A DNA stretch of 64,000 bases from Candidatus Eiseniibacteriota bacterium. Lineage in GTDB: Bacteria > Eisenbacteria > RBG-16-71-46 > JABDJR01. Below the pieces are notes generated by a model. It had not been told where the DNA came from, made no database searches, and saw only the letters and a program-made list of their open reading frames with translations. Location of the stretch: assembly GCA_963762255.1 (NCBI GenBank), contig CAVXKA010000001.1:1504001-1568000 (forward strand), in the 5' to 3' direction. Made by a program: the position numbers and the translations under genes. Positions 39,869 through 49,503 of the stretch are shown here, one piece after another; within the stretch, counting starts at the first letter, position 1, and every line of letters begins with the position of its first letter.

Positions 39869-40138
39869 CTGGATCCTCGAATTTGGCCTGAATGGTGGGA
39901 CTGGGAACTCGAGCTCAGCCCCCACCTATGGAAGCGCATGGAAGATCGGAGATTTACTGAAGTGGATCTCCGAACCATGCTCTCGCGGGCGATGGCCATT
40001 CGGGCGGACGTAGTGCCGGGCCGGTGGGTTGCTGCGACCCGATTTCGGAAGGCCGATTGGGAGATCATCGTGGAGCCCGATGAAGGTGGTAGAATACTTG
40101 TCGTGATCACCGCCTATCCTGCGGAAGCAGACTCATGA
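39869..40138 (+). CDS. Cassette 9a: DUF4258-like (BrnT/RelE-fold) putative toxin
   Basis: WPEWWDWELELSPHLWKRMEDR...LVVITAYP. The reading frame extends upstream to a CTG placed 6 nt after GGGAGG. Confidence 0.65.
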   Translation: MDPRIWPEWWDWELELSPHLWKRMEDRRFTEVDLRTMLSRAMAIRADVVPGRWVAATRFRKADWEIIVEPDEGGRILVVITAYPAEADS

Positions 40139-40407
40139 GCCAGACTTACTTGGAAGTCACTTTTCGCCACGGTAAACCCCTTGCGGCCTATTACTACCTC
40201 CCACGCCGGCCGGGCCAGCGAAGCTACAGGACTCAGCGATTCGAGCCGGGTCTTGTCGTTGATTTCTCCAGAGGTGGGAAGCCACTCGGGATTGAGATCA
40301 CGGCCCCGTCTTCGACCCCGCTCTCAGCCATCAACCGGGTGCTGGCTAGCCTTGGGTTGCCGAAGTTGACCCGCGCTGAATTTGCACCCTTGCGGCTCGC
40401 TGCTTAG
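40135..40407 (+). CDS. Cassette 9b: DUF2283-like putative antitoxin
   Basis: AAYYYL...LVVDF..GKPLGIEI. ATGA overlap with 9a. Confidence 0.7.
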   Translation: MSQTYLEVTFRHGKPLAAYYYLPRRPGQRSYRTQRFEPGLVVDFSRGGKPLGIEITAPSSTPLSAINRVLASLGLPKLTRAEFAPLRLAA

Positions 40408-40417
40408 AACGAGGGCA

Positions 40418-40519
40418 ACCTGACGGGCCGTTGCAGCCGCCGCCCGCTCCCGGGGAGTAGGATAGGGCTTTGAAAGGTGCCGGTCGTCGCGGGCGCGGCT
40501 GACCGGCAGCACGTTGGAC
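40418..40519 (+). repeat. attC9 (main family; end box ACCTGAC)
   Basis: ACCTGAC...GTTGGAC. Confidence 0.9.
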
Positions 40520-40556
40520 CGTTGATGATGGTGGGGATAGGGCTTGGGGGACGCAA

Positions 40557-40997
40557 ATGCGCAACGTCCTTGCGGTAGTCATGGTTTTGGCGATGGGGGT
40601 GGTGAGCTGCGATGAGGACGTGAGCCCTCGGGGGCAGGACGAGATGAGTCTGGCGTTTGTGGTCGAAGAGACTCTCACACTGCCGGACTCCGCAGCTTAT
40701 GTCCAGGTCATAGGGTCCGGTCGCATCGATCTGGTTGGTTTCTACACCGGTTGCAGCTACACAATGCAAGGCAGGCTCCTCGGGCCGGAGGTCCCGAGCA
40801 TCGTGGTGGATGTAGAGATCAACCGTTGCCCGGTAATCTGCATCCGGAACGTCCACAGCCGGTACCGGGGGACGATCACTGGGGTTCCGCCTGGTGAGCA
40901 TCGGGTCCTTCTGGAGCATGTGGTCCGAGACTGTCATTCTGGGGAGTTGACCCATGTGGCGACAGTTCTCGACACCGTGGTGACGGTTCCTTCATAG
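40557..40997 (+). CDS. Cassette 10: putative lipoprotein
   Basis: Lipobox VVSC; beta-rich, with GVPPGEHRV. Confidence 0.7.
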   Translation: MRNVLAVVMVLAMGVVSCDEDVSPRGQDEMSLAFVVEETLTLPDSAAYVQVIGSGRIDLVGFYTGCSYTMQGRLLGPEVPSIVVDVEINRCPVICIRNVHSRYRGTITGVPPGEHRVLLEHVVRDCHSGELTHVATVLDTVVTVPS

Positions 40998-41005
40998 CGG
41001 GGCCG

Positions 41006-41108
41006 GTCTAACAGGCCGCTGCAGCCGCCGTCCGCTCCTGGGGAGTAGAATGCAGCATTGAAAGGTGGCCGGTCGTCGCGGGCGCGGCTGACCGGCAACA
41101 CGTTAGCC
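41006..41108 (+). repeat. attC10 (main family)
   Basis: GTCTAAC...GTTAGCC. Confidence 0.92.
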
Positions 41109-41148
41109 AGAACACCGAGAGCATCGTCTAACCGGGAGGAGCGCCCAG

Positions 41149-41385
41149 ATGATCGATCTCTACGACAATGAAACGAACAGACTCCTCGGCTCGATTACTG
41201 AGTCTGAGCTGCAACTTCTCGTGGATGCGCTCGAGGAGGAGTCCAGCAAGGACCAAGACTACTACATCAACCAGGATACCATCGGCATGATCGCCGACGG
41301 CCGCGCGTCCGATCATCTTCTTCAGCTACTACGTTCGGCGCTAGGCACCGCAGACGGTGTCGAGATCAGTTGGAAACGCCGCTAG
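41149..41385 (+). CDS. Cassette 11a: small acidic conserved hypothetical protein
   Basis: GGAGGAG RBS; LEEESSKDQDYYINQDT. Confidence 0.7.
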   Translation: MIDLYDNETNRLLGSITESELQLLVDALEEESSKDQDYYINQDTIGMIADGRASDHLLQLLRSALGTADGVEISWKRR

Positions 41386-41517
41386 CCGGATCTCCCAGCA
41401 CTGGCTCGGAGACGATGGAGAGACCCAGGACCTCTGTTCCCACGGCAGCCTGGCGCTGTCCATCGGCGGTGTGCGACTGGCCGACGGGAGCGAGGATTAC
41501 GGCATCAGTGAATCACC

Positions 41518-41826
41518 ATGCTGATGATGGGCTGCCCAATAGGGATCGATTGGTCGGTGCGCCATGAGAGTGGCTCGGTGCGCCTCGACGGAATCGTCGT
41601 TTACCTCTCCACCAACGAAGACCGTGATGCCAGCCGTTCTGACGCAGTCGCGTTGCTGCCTCTGGCCGAGTATCGGTCTCAGGTGCTCGCCTTCGCAGAG
41701 AGCGCGCGCGACTTCTTTCTCCAGGCACCGCGGAAGTCGTTTTGCGATGCCTTCGACCGTGGAGAATACGAGCAGTTCTGGCGCGAGTTCGACTGCATCC
41801 TCGAACGCCAGCGCTTGATCGGCTAA
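41518..41826 (+). CDS. Cassette 11b: hypothetical protein, possibly 5'-truncated
   Basis: Stop TAA lies within the GGCTAAC end box. Confidence 0.5.
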   Translation: MLMMGCPIGIDWSVRHESGSVRLDGIVVYLSTNEDRDASRSDAVALLPLAEYRSQVLAFAESARDFFLQAPRKSFCDAFDRGEYEQFWREFDCILERQRLIG

Positions 41827-41910
41827 CAGACGTTTAGAGCTGACCGGCTCCGGAGGTATGATGAGGCACGTTGCGTCGCTAGCCGGCAGCTCAAGCGCCG
41901 GACGTTAGGC
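41821..41910 (+). repeat. attC11 (different family)
   Basis: GGCTAAC..GAGCTGACCGGCT...AGCCGGCAGCTC..GTTAGGC. The loop contains TATGAT. Confidence 0.88.
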
Positions 41911-41981
41911 GGCCAAAACGTACAGAAAGGAGACCACGATCAGAAGACGAGCAGGCGGCACCTGAGACGAAAGGTGTTACG

Positions 41982-42284
41982 GTGAAGCTATTGGCAGCGC
42001 TTGACCTTGGCCTTGAAATCGAGGGCATGGCAGGTCGCCAACTTCGAATGCGAATCGTGACCTTCGAACCTGGTGGGGTCTTCGGCCCGATTCACGACCA
42101 TAAAGACAGGCCGGGCATGGTCTACATACTGCAAGGAACGATCACTGATCATCGAAATGGAGTGGCTAAGGAGTATGGGCCGGGAGTGGGCTGGCCTGAG
42201 GATAAGAACACCACGCACTGGCTTGAGAATAGAGGAACGACGCCGGCGGTGGAGATCTCAGTCGATATAGTCAGGCAACCGTGA
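41982..42284 (+). CDS. Cassette 12: cupin domain protein (original start near 41939 appears damaged)
   Basis: Motifs HDH..RPG.VYILQG and THWLENRG. The AAAGGAG RBS at ~41926 is followed by ATC rather than ATG. Confidence 0.8.
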   Translation: MKLLAALDLGLEIEGMAGRQLRMRIVTFEPGGVFGPIHDHKDRPGMVYILQGTITDHRNGVAKEYGPGVGWPEDKNTTHWLENRGTTPAVEISVDIVRQP

Positions 42285-42314
42285 GCTCAGGCCCGGCACT
42301 TGACTCTGGTCACC

Positions 42315-42393
42315 GCCTAACAACGCGCTGCACCGGACTCGTCGTCAGTCACTGCGCTCCTTCCTCCTCGCCGCTGAGCTTGAATCGCTCGGC
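42315..42393 (+). repeat. attC12 (different family, degenerate right box)
   Basis: GCCTAACAACGCGCTGCACCGGACTCG...CTCGCCGCTGAGCTTGAATC-GCTCGGC. Confidence 0.7.
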
Positions 42394-42555
42394 GGTACGA
42401 TCGCAGCACCAAGAAGGGTCAGCGCCCATACTGGCTGCTTGCGACTCGTCGCTGACTGTCGATGACGGCGCGAGAGCCCATCCAAGCCGACACGAGCAAA
42501 GCCTGATCTCTAAGCTAAGGGTAGGATCTTACGGGGAGGTACCAGGGAGGCCCAC

Positions 42556-43356
42556 GTGAACGACGACCAAACAGGGCGCAAGGCCCGGACCAAAGCGCAG
42601 TTCAACGCAATCGTCGCCGAGTACGACTTCGGACCCGGTTGCTTTGCGCATTTCGGCCGGCGTCTTGCGGCTGTGGCAGGCATCGAACTGGGACAGCGCG
42701 TGCTGGATATCGCGAGCGGCCGCGGCGCCGTCCTGTTTCCTGCAGCCGAACTGGTTGGGCCGACAGGCTACATAGTCGGAATCGACCTTGCGGAGGAAAT
42801 GGCACGAGCCGTAAACGAGGAAGCGGTTCGAAGGGGCATGAAGGCCCAAGTTCGAGTCATGGACGCCGAGCTTCTCGAATTTCCCGACGAAGCGTTCGAC
42901 CGTGTGCTGTGCGGATTCGGCATTATGTTCTTTCCCGATCAGGATCGCGCAATGGCAGAATTCCGGCGCGTCTTGAAACCGGGTGGCCGGCTAGCCCTGT
43001 CAACCTGGCGTATTGATCAGGCCGGTGAGTTCAAAGAGATCTTCGTCGAATTGGGTATGAAGGCACCCGAACCGCCGGGCTGGATCAGCGAACCCGATGT
43101 ACTCTTGCAGCTCCTGACGCGTGCCGGTTTCACCAACGTGGACGTACGAGCAGACTCGCAGCTATTTCGCTACGCAGATGTCGAGGAGTACTGGCGTCAG
43201 GCTCGCGGCACCGGATTCAGGCGCGCGCTTGATGCGTTGGACGCTCTCCAGGTCGAGCGGGTACGAACAGCGCTCGCCGAGAAGGCACGTCGGCATCAGC
43301 GCGGGGACGGGATCTACTTCCCAGCAACGGCACTCTTGGCAGTGGCAACCCGTTAG
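42556..43356 (+). CDS. Cassette 13: class I SAM methyltransferase (UbiE-like)
   Basis: Motifs VLDIASGRG, FDRVLCGFG and RVLKPGG. Confidence 0.9.
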   Translation: MNDDQTGRKARTKAQFNAIVAEYDFGPGCFAHFGRRLAAVAGIELGQRVLDIASGRGAVLFPAAELVGPTGYIVGIDLAEEMARAVNEEAVRRGMKAQVRVMDAELLEFPDEAFDRVLCGFGIMFFPDQDRAMAEFRRVLKPGGRLALSTWRIDQAGEFKEIFVELGMKAPEPPGWISEPDVLLQLLTRAGFTNVDVRADSQLFRYADVEEYWRQARGTGFRRALDALDALQVERVRTALAEKARRHQRGDGIYFPATALLAVATR

Positions 43357-43635
43357 CTCGGAAGCCTCGGGCAGCGGAGCCGAAAACGCTTCGGCGGGCC
43401 ATATCATCGGCACGGCACCGGCATGCCGCGGAAGCTGCTCGAAGCAAGCCCGCCTCCAGATCGAGAATTCGACGGGAATGTCCGGAGGTGGCCGAAATCG
43501 GACGCTCATGGCAGTGTACTTCTGGGCGCCTCGCTCCAGTCAGCGTACTGCCAGCGTCGTGGGATCACGGCGCAGTCCGTTGCAGCCGTGGTCAAAGCCA
43601 ATCTTGCAGTCCAGGCGAGCAGAGATGAGGCCAGT

Positions 43636-43736
43636 GCCCAACGGGACGCTGCAGCCGCCGCCCGCTCCTGGGGTAGGATAGGGCTTTGAAGGTGAGTCGG
43701 CAGTCGCGGGCGCGGCTGACCGGCAACCCGTTAGAA
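43636..43736 (+). repeat. attC13 (main family)
   Basis: GCCCAAC...GTTAGAA. Confidence 0.92.
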
Positions 43737-43767
43737 GGACGAATGGAATGTTGCAGGAGGTTCCCAC

Positions 43768-44874
43768 ATGACCCAGGCGCGACTCGAAAGGCTGTGTGCT
43801 TCTCTGCGGGCCTCAGACCTGGATGCCGTGATCCTGAATCCCAGCCCCACACTGACCTACCTGACTGGGCTTCACTTTCACTTGATGGAAAGGCCGGTTG
43901 TCTTGTTTGTTGCTCCCGGACAGGACCCGGTGTTGGTGCTGCCCGAACTGGAACTGCCCAAGCTCGATCACCTGACCTACAAGCTGCAGGCCGTGGCCTT
44001 CGGCGAGACACCCTCGGAATGGGGGAATGCCTTCCGCAAGGCGGCGCAGATGCTGGGGCTGAATGGAAAGCGCATAGGCGTGGAGCCGCGCCAGTTGCGC
44101 CTGCTGGAGTTCGGCCATGTCAAGGCTGGTGCGCCCGAGGCAGAGCTCCCGGATGCAAGCCTCGTCCTTTCCGCACTGAGATTGAAGAAGGATCAAGCCG
44201 AGGTCGAGTTGATGCGCCGTGCAGTGCACATCGCGCAGAACGCGCTCGAGGCCGCCATCCCACTGATCAAAATCGGCATGACCGAGCGCGAACTGGCTTC
44301 CGAACTGGTCGTGCAATTGCTGAAGAACGGCTCCGCCCCGGAGTTTCCCTTTGCGCCCATCGTATCCTCCGGGCCAAACTCCGCCACCGCGCACGCTTCT
44401 CCCACAGACCGCAAACTGCAGGCGGGCGACATGCTGGTGGTGGACTGGGGCGCGGCGTATGACGACTACATTTCGGACCTGACTCGCACCTTTGCCGTCG
44501 GGGAAGTGGATGCTGAGTTTCAGAAGATCCACAGGATCGTACAGGAGGCCAACGCGGCGGGACGCGCCGCCGGTCGGCCGGGCATTCCCTGTGCCGAGGT
44601 GGACAAGGCCGCGCGCAGCGTGATCGAGCAATCCGGATATGGCAAATACTTCACGCACCGCACTGGCCATGGCATCGGCATGGAGGGCCATGAGGAGCCA
44701 TTCATGCGCGGGGACAACCTGCAGCTGCTTGAGCCGGGCATGGCCTACACCGTGGAGCCGGGCATCTACCTCCCGGGCCGCAACGGTGTACGCATAGAAG
44801 ATAATGTGGTGGTCACCGAAAGTGGCACCGACTGCCTGAGCGACATGCCGCGCGAGATCCGCGTGGTTGGATGA
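43768..44874 (+). CDS. Cassette 14: M24 Xaa-Pro peptidase
   Basis: Motifs DWGA..SDLTRT, HRTGHGIG, EPGIY and GVRIED. Confidence 0.93.
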   Translation: MTQARLERLCASLRASDLDAVILNPSPTLTYLTGLHFHLMERPVVLFVAPGQDPVLVLPELELPKLDHLTYKLQAVAFGETPSEWGNAFRKAAQMLGLNGKRIGVEPRQLRLLEFGHVKAGAPEAELPDASLVLSALRLKKDQAEVELMRRAVHIAQNALEAAIPLIKIGMTERELASELVVQLLKNGSAPEFPFAPIVSSGPNSATAHASPTDRKLQAGDMLVVDWGAAYDDYISDLTRTFAVGEVDAEFQKIHRIVQEANAAGRAAGRPGIPCAEVDKAARSVIEQSGYGKYFTHRTGHGIGMEGHEEPFMRGDNLQLLEPGMAYTVEPGIYLPGRNGVRIEDNVVVTESGTDCLSDMPREIRVVG

Positions 44875-45024
44875 GGACCTTGCGAACTCCAATGTCTGCC
44901 GCGCAGATGTTGGAGTGGGACTGACCCGTGATGGTATAGGCTTCCGCCCGGGTGATGGCGGATTCCGCTAGCCGGCGAGGGATGCCGAGGGAATCAGGAG
45001 AATGCAGGCTGAGCAATACGGGTC

Positions 45025-45124
45025 TTCTAACTAGCCGTTGCAGCGGCGGGTCGGGCCTGTCACGGGCCGTGCGGGGCACAACCCGCGCCAAGCCCGCTCG
45101 CCGCTGACCGGCAGCACGTTAGCT
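45025..45124 (+). repeat. attC14 (different core, main-family right end)
   Basis: TTCTAAC..TTGCAGCGGCGGGTCGGGC...GCCCGCTCGCCGCTGACCGGCAGCAC-GTTAGCT. Confidence 0.9.
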
Positions 45125-45143
45125 GCACCAGAGGGGGAGCCGG

Positions 45144-45584
45144 ATGGGCAGAGTAGATGACGCACTGCGTCAGTTCGGGGAGGGTCGGGCCTGCTCGCAA
45201 GCGGTGCTCGGGGCCTTTGCGCCGTCGCTGGGGCTTGATCCCGGCCAGGCCGTCTGTCTCTCTGCCGGGTTCGCCGCCGGCATGCGAATTGGCGAGGTGT
45301 GCGGTGCAGCCACCGGCGCGATTATCGCCCTCGGCCTCGCCCGCTGCGACGAGTCGTGTGCAACGCGCGAGGGTCGGGCCGCGGTCGCATCGGCGGTCGA
45401 CGAGTTCAGCGAACGCTTCCGGCAGCGTGTCGGCGCGATCGACTGCCCCGACATCATCGGTTGCGACATCCGCACGCCTGAGGGTCGGGCATCCGCCCAG
45501 TCGGCAGGGCTCTTCGCCTCCCGGTGTACGCCCGCTGTCCGGGCTGCGGCGGAGATCCTGGACGACATGCTCACGGGCAGCTAG
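45144..45584 (+). CDS. Cassette 15: C-GCAxxG-C-C family putative redox protein
   Basis: Motifs ACSQAV, VCGAATG, IDC and RC. Confidence 0.85.
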   Translation: MGRVDDALRQFGEGRACSQAVLGAFAPSLGLDPGQAVCLSAGFAAGMRIGEVCGAATGAIIALGLARCDESCATREGRAAVASAVDEFSERFRQRVGAIDCPDIIGCDIRTPEGRASAQSAGLFASRCTPAVRAAAEILDDMLTGS

Positions 45585-45677
45585 CGGGCCGCTGCAGCAG
45601 CCCGCTCCCGGGGAGTAGGATAGGGCTTTGAAAGGTGCCGGTCGTCACGGGCGCGGCTGACCGGCAGCACGTTAGGG
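45579..45677 (+). repeat. attC15 (main family; AAC mutated to AGC)
   Basis: AGCTAGC...GTTAGGG. Confidence 0.9.
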
Positions 45678-45694
45678 CTACAAGGAGTCTGCTT

Positions 45695-46453
45695 GTGCAA
45701 GCGCACTTCTCACGACACCTGAAGATCGGGGTGCTGTGTACCGGGATCCTGTGCACATCATGTTTGGATCTTGGACGCTCCACTCGTCCAACACCCACAC
45801 CCCTTCCCGCCCCCTCTTCCGCTGCGCAGGCCTTCATCGATTCCGCCGGTTTGCCGCTCTACCACGCTTCTTACCAGCTATTCATCCAGGGCAGCGTCGA
45901 AGTGTTCGGCGCCTCGTACGGGCCGGGCATGGACTGTCCCTCAGGGTGCATCAGCAGTTCGGTCCTCGGGTTGCGCGTGGCCGCGAAAACAGGCTGGCTC
46001 CTGGTACGGGACTACAACGCAGGCTTCGCGCCGGACAGTGCACAGTACTTCGATGTGACTGGGGCAGACAGTGTCCTCGGCGAGGAACCGCTGTGGATCG
46101 GCTTGAAGGCAGTTGATAAGGCCGACATCTGGTTTTGGCAATCCTATTTGCCCCTGCTTGCCCGGGACTCCGATGTGGCCAGGGATGCGCTGCTTCGCAT
46201 TCCTCAATGGCTCTATCCCCGCGTGCCATATCCGGCCCTTGGCGTCCCGGCGGCAGAAGCTCTTCTGGGGAACTATGTGGTCCAAACAGATCGCGAGATT
46301 CTCACCTTGCTAGTTCAATTGCCTGGCACCAAAGGCGATCCGTATTCGGCTATTCGGGAACGTGCGCAAGCGTATCTCGATGCGCTCGCCGGCAAGGGTC
46401 TGGGTGAGAGCCCTAACGGGCCGCTGCAGCTGCCGCCCGCTCTTGGGGAGTAA
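45695..46453 (+). CDS. Cassette 16: putative lipoprotein; ORF runs into attC16
   Basis: Hydrophobic leader ending CTSC; GMDCPSGC motif. Confidence 0.6.
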   Translation: MQAHFSRHLKIGVLCTGILCTSCLDLGRSTRPTPTPLPAPSSAAQAFIDSAGLPLYHASYQLFIQGSVEVFGASYGPGMDCPSGCISSSVLGLRVAAKTGWLLVRDYNAGFAPDSAQYFDVTGADSVLGEEPLWIGLKAVDKADIWFWQSYLPLLARDSDVARDALLRIPQWLYPRVPYPALGVPAAEALLGNYVVQTDREILTLLVQLPGTKGDPYSAIRERAQAYLDALAGKGLGESPNGPLQLPPALGE

Positions 46454-46512
46454 GATGCGGCCTTGAAGGGTGCCGGATGTCGCGGGCGCGGCTGACCGGC
46501 AGCACGTTAGGC
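46411..46512 (+). repeat. attC16 (main family)
   Basis: CCCTAAC...GTTAGGC. Confidence 0.93.
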
Positions 46513-46566
46513 GCATAGGATGCGAATCAGACAGGCAGCCACTGATGACCTGCGTCGGAGAGAACG

Positions 46567-47112
46567 ATGCTGAACGGTAAGAGGGTGACTCTGCGAAGGG
46601 TCACGGATGACGACTGGAAGCAGATAGAGATGTGGGCGCAAGACAGGGGCGCTCTCTTCGGGCCGCACCAGCGATTCCAGGTGGAGTTGCTATCTGAGCT
46701 CAAAGAAGCCTACCGGAAGACAGGGCTTCTCAGCCGGGACTCAGCCGTTCTGATCATCGAGGTGGTAGACGGCAAGCGCCCGATTGGGATTGTGCGGTAC
46801 CGCCCCTTGCCGTTCCCGGACACGGATCTGCCAGTTCCCGAGGTGGGTTTCGCAGTGGCCGACCCGCGGGCTCGCGGGAAGGGCTACGCGAAGGAGGCCC
46901 TCGGGATCTTGGTGCGGTACTTATACGAGAGTCAACCGGGCGAGCGCATCATGGCCGTGACAGACTGTGAGAACGTGGCCTCGCAGCGGATCCTGGAGAG
47001 CGTTGGCTTCCGGCGCGAGGGGGTGCTTCGTCGGGCGATGTTTCGAGGAGATCGCTGGAGCGATGCTTTCGTATACGGCTTGCTCCGGGAGGATCTCAAG
47101 GGAGAGTCCTGA
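46567..47112 (+). CDS. Cassette 17: GNAT acetyltransferase (RimJ/RimL-like)
   Basis: Motifs RGKGYAKEA and NVASQRILESVGFRREG. Confidence 0.9.
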   Translation: MLNGKRVTLRRVTDDDWKQIEMWAQDRGALFGPHQRFQVELLSELKEAYRKTGLLSRDSAVLIIEVVDGKRPIGIVRYRPLPFPDTDLPVPEVGFAVADPRARGKGYAKEALGILVRYLYESQPGERIMAVTDCENVASQRILESVGFRREGVLRRAMFRGDRWSDAFVYGLLREDLKGES

Positions 47113-47127
47113 GATGGTCCGGAGGGC

Positions 47128-47214
47128 ACCTAACAAGTGCATGAACCTGACGCGCGCGGCCGGCGCGATAGACTGCAGGCGCAGCGCGCGCAGGTTATGC
47201 GCTGGACGTTAGGC
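47128..47214 (+). repeat. attC17 (different family)
   Basis: ACCTAAC..GCATGAACCTGACGCGCGC...GCGCGCGCAGGTTATGC..GTTAGGC. Confidence 0.9.
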
Positions 47215-47230
47215 GGACGGAGCATTCTAA

Positions 47231-47839
47231 ATGAAGTGGATCGGAGCTCTCTCTTGTCTCGTAGGATTGCTTGCCATCTCCTGTGGTGGAGAGACACCGC
47301 GCGTGGTGGAAGTCGCCGTCCTCCACACCACGCTCGGCACAATAGAGGTAGTGTTCTTCCCCGATGTAGCGCCCCTGGCCGTCGAGAACTTCAAGACCCT
47401 CGCCGACCGTGGCTACTATGATGGCACGACGTTCCACCGGACCATCGACCAGTTCATGATACAAGGGGGTGACCCAACGGCTACTGGGCGCGGGGGGGAG
47501 AGCATGTGGGGCGATCCCTTCGCGGATGAGTTCTCTGACTCCCTTCGGTTTGACCAACCAGGGCGCTTGGCGATGGCAAATAGAGGTCCGACCACGAACG
47601 GGAGTCAGTTCTTCATCACGGTGGTTCCGACCCCACACCTGAACGACAAGCACACGATCTTCGGCCAAGTGGTGAACGGGATGCCTGTTGTGCAGGCAAT
47701 CGCGCGGGCCGAGAAAGACGATCAGGGCCGGCCAGTCAGTCCGGTCACGATCACCCAGGTCCGGGTGGAGCGTGTGGGTTGGATAGGAGTTCCCCCTAAC
47801 GGGCCGCTGCCGCCGCCGCCCGCTCTTGGGGAGTATTGA
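47231..47839 (+). CDS. Cassette 18: cyclophilin-type peptidyl-prolyl isomerase, lipoprotein; ORF runs into attC18
   Basis: Lipobox AISC; motifs FHRTIDQFMIQGGDP, AMANRG, NGSQFFIT and HTIFG. Confidence 0.93.
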   Translation: MKWIGALSCLVGLLAISCGGETPRVVEVAVLHTTLGTIEVVFFPDVAPLAVENFKTLADRGYYDGTTFHRTIDQFMIQGGDPTATGRGGESMWGDPFADEFSDSLRFDQPGRLAMANRGPTTNGSQFFITVVPTPHLNDKHTIFGQVVNGMPVVQAIARAEKDDQGRPVSPVTITQVRVERVGWIGVPPNGPLPPPPALGEY

Positions 47840-47885
47840 AGGGTGCCGGATGTCGCGGGCGCGGCTGACCGGCAGCACGTTAGAC
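47794..47885 (+). repeat. attC18 (main family, ~10-bp loop deletion)
   Basis: CCCTAAC...GAGTA^TTGAAGG...GTTAGAC. Confidence 0.9.
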
Positions 47886-47913
47886 ACACGGTTGGGGCTT
47901 GAGGGCAGAACAC

Positions 47914-48540
47914 ATGCGATTTGCGCTCGTTGCAGTAGTGACCTTGCTGGGGCTCCCGGCGGCCTGTGGGGCGAGTGAGCTCTCCATGCGCGGCATGGTC
48001 GGACCCGCGCTCACCCTAGAATCCGAGAAGGGATGGGATGCTCCAGGGAAGGGGCCAGTTGTCGCAGGGGGACTCCTCTGGACCCCAGGGGCGGAGGGGG
48101 CCCTTCGACTGGTGATCGCGGCGCAGTACTGGCGGGTCGCGGGTGAGCGCGACTGCGAACTTGAGTGTGGGGAGTTTCAGATTAGGACCTCTGCATATCC
48201 GGTTGGCGTCGGGGTCCGCGCCCACGTTGGTGATCGATCCCGCAGGAGTGGTTCCCTCTACCTGGAGGTCGTGCCAGCGGTTGTGTATGTGCAGCAGTCC
48301 ATCGAGCAGACGGGCAACATGTGGGGAGAGAACTACTCGGGCAGGGAGACGCAGTGGGCGGCGGGGATCCTCGCGTCAGTGCTCGCACCCGTTGCTCTCA
48401 CGGAGAGGCTGAGCCTGGAGGTCGGCGTGGGCTATCTGTGGACTGAGGATCTTGCTAAGCCGACTGGGAGCGGGTTCTTCCAAGGGGACCTAAGTGGGAT
48501 TCATGAAGTATCGGCGACGCTCGGTGTGGCGCTCAGGTGA
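47914..48540 (+). CDS. Cassette 19: putative outer-membrane beta-barrel protein
   Basis: Signal peptide and alternating amphipathic strands (LSLEVGVGYLW, SATLGVAL). Confidence 0.6.
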   Translation: MRFALVAVVTLLGLPAACGASELSMRGMVGPALTLESEKGWDAPGKGPVVAGGLLWTPGAEGALRLVIAAQYWRVAGERDCELECGEFQIRTSAYPVGVGVRAHVGDRSRRSGSLYLEVVPAVVYVQQSIEQTGNMWGENYSGRETQWAAGILASVLAPVALTERLSLEVGVGYLWTEDLAKPTGSGFFQGDLSGIHEVSATLGVALR

Positions 48541-48544
48541 GGGT

Positions 48545-48645
48545 GTCTAACGGGCCGCTACAGCCGCCGCCCGCTCCTAGGGATAGGATAGGGCTTTGAA
48601 GGGTGCCGTATGTCGCGGGCGCGGCTGACCGGCAGCACGTTGGGC
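48545..48645 (+). repeat. attC19 (main family)
   Basis: GTCTAAC...GTTGGGC. Confidence 0.93.
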
Positions 48646-48665
48646 ATTTAAGGATCGGTGATCTG

Positions 48666-49502
48666 GTGTTCATAGCAGCGCTTCTGGTTCTTCTGCTGGC
48701 ATCCCCGGCGACCGCCACTGTGCAAGGCGATACTCATATCGGTCCCTACCTGGTTCAGGTGACCGCGGACTCGATAGACGCTCACGACGTCTTAGTCGTC
48801 CGGGCCGGGGGCAGAAGCCTCTTCCGTATAGATAACTTCCTCCGGTTGCGCCTGTCGGGACCGGTTCAGGACCCCAGAGTGTCTATTTCCCCCGGGACCG
48901 ACATCTCGGGTGACGGCATTCCGGATCTCGTCGTTTTCGGCTGGAGCGGTGGAGCTCACTGTTGCTTCGTGGCATGGGTACTCTCCCTTGGGGAGGAGTT
49001 TCGTGTTCTTGCGGAAGTGACGGGCGGAGACGTCGAACCGATCTTTCGCCAGATGGACGACGACACAGCATTGGAGGTACAGGTGGTGGACGGAGCGTTC
49101 GCCTACTGGCCCAGGTCGTTTGGTGGATCCCCGTCAGTTCGCGTGGCGCTGGACTGGGCGGGGGATCGACTGCATCCGTCGGTGGAGCTCACCGCGACGT
49201 TGCAGCCTACGGCAGCAGAAGTCATCTCTGACGCCGACCGAATCAGGACCGACCCGGGGTGGCAGACACAGATGGAACCGTACGACGCGGTTTTCAGCCG
49301 GGCTCTCGAGTTGCTCTACTCAGGGCATGAGGATCTTGCGGCCTCATTCATCGACTCTGCCTGGGGCGGGACCCGAAGTGGAGAAGTCCAACTTGTGATG
49401 GAGTTCGGTCAACGGCTTGAACGGAGCATCTACCACGGTAGGCTGGAGAACGCGCGGCGTGAGATGCATAAGTTGCATTCCGACCGGCCCAATGGAAGGT
49501 GA
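48666..49502 (+). CDS. Cassette 20: secreted hypothetical protein (start uncertain)
   Basis: Signal-like leader; DISGDGIPDLVV..WSGGAHCC motif. Confidence 0.65.
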   Translation: MFIAALLVLLLASPATATVQGDTHIGPYLVQVTADSIDAHDVLVVRAGGRSLFRIDNFLRLRLSGPVQDPRVSISPGTDISGDGIPDLVVFGWSGGAHCCFVAWVLSLGEEFRVLAEVTGGDVEPIFRQMDDDTALEVQVVDGAFAYWPRSFGGSPSVRVALDWAGDRLHPSVELTATLQPTAAEVISDADRIRTDPGWQTQMEPYDAVFSRALELLYSGHEDLAASFIDSAWGGTRSGEVQLVMEFGQRLERSIYHGRLENARREMHKLHSDRPNGR

Positions 49503-49503
49503 T

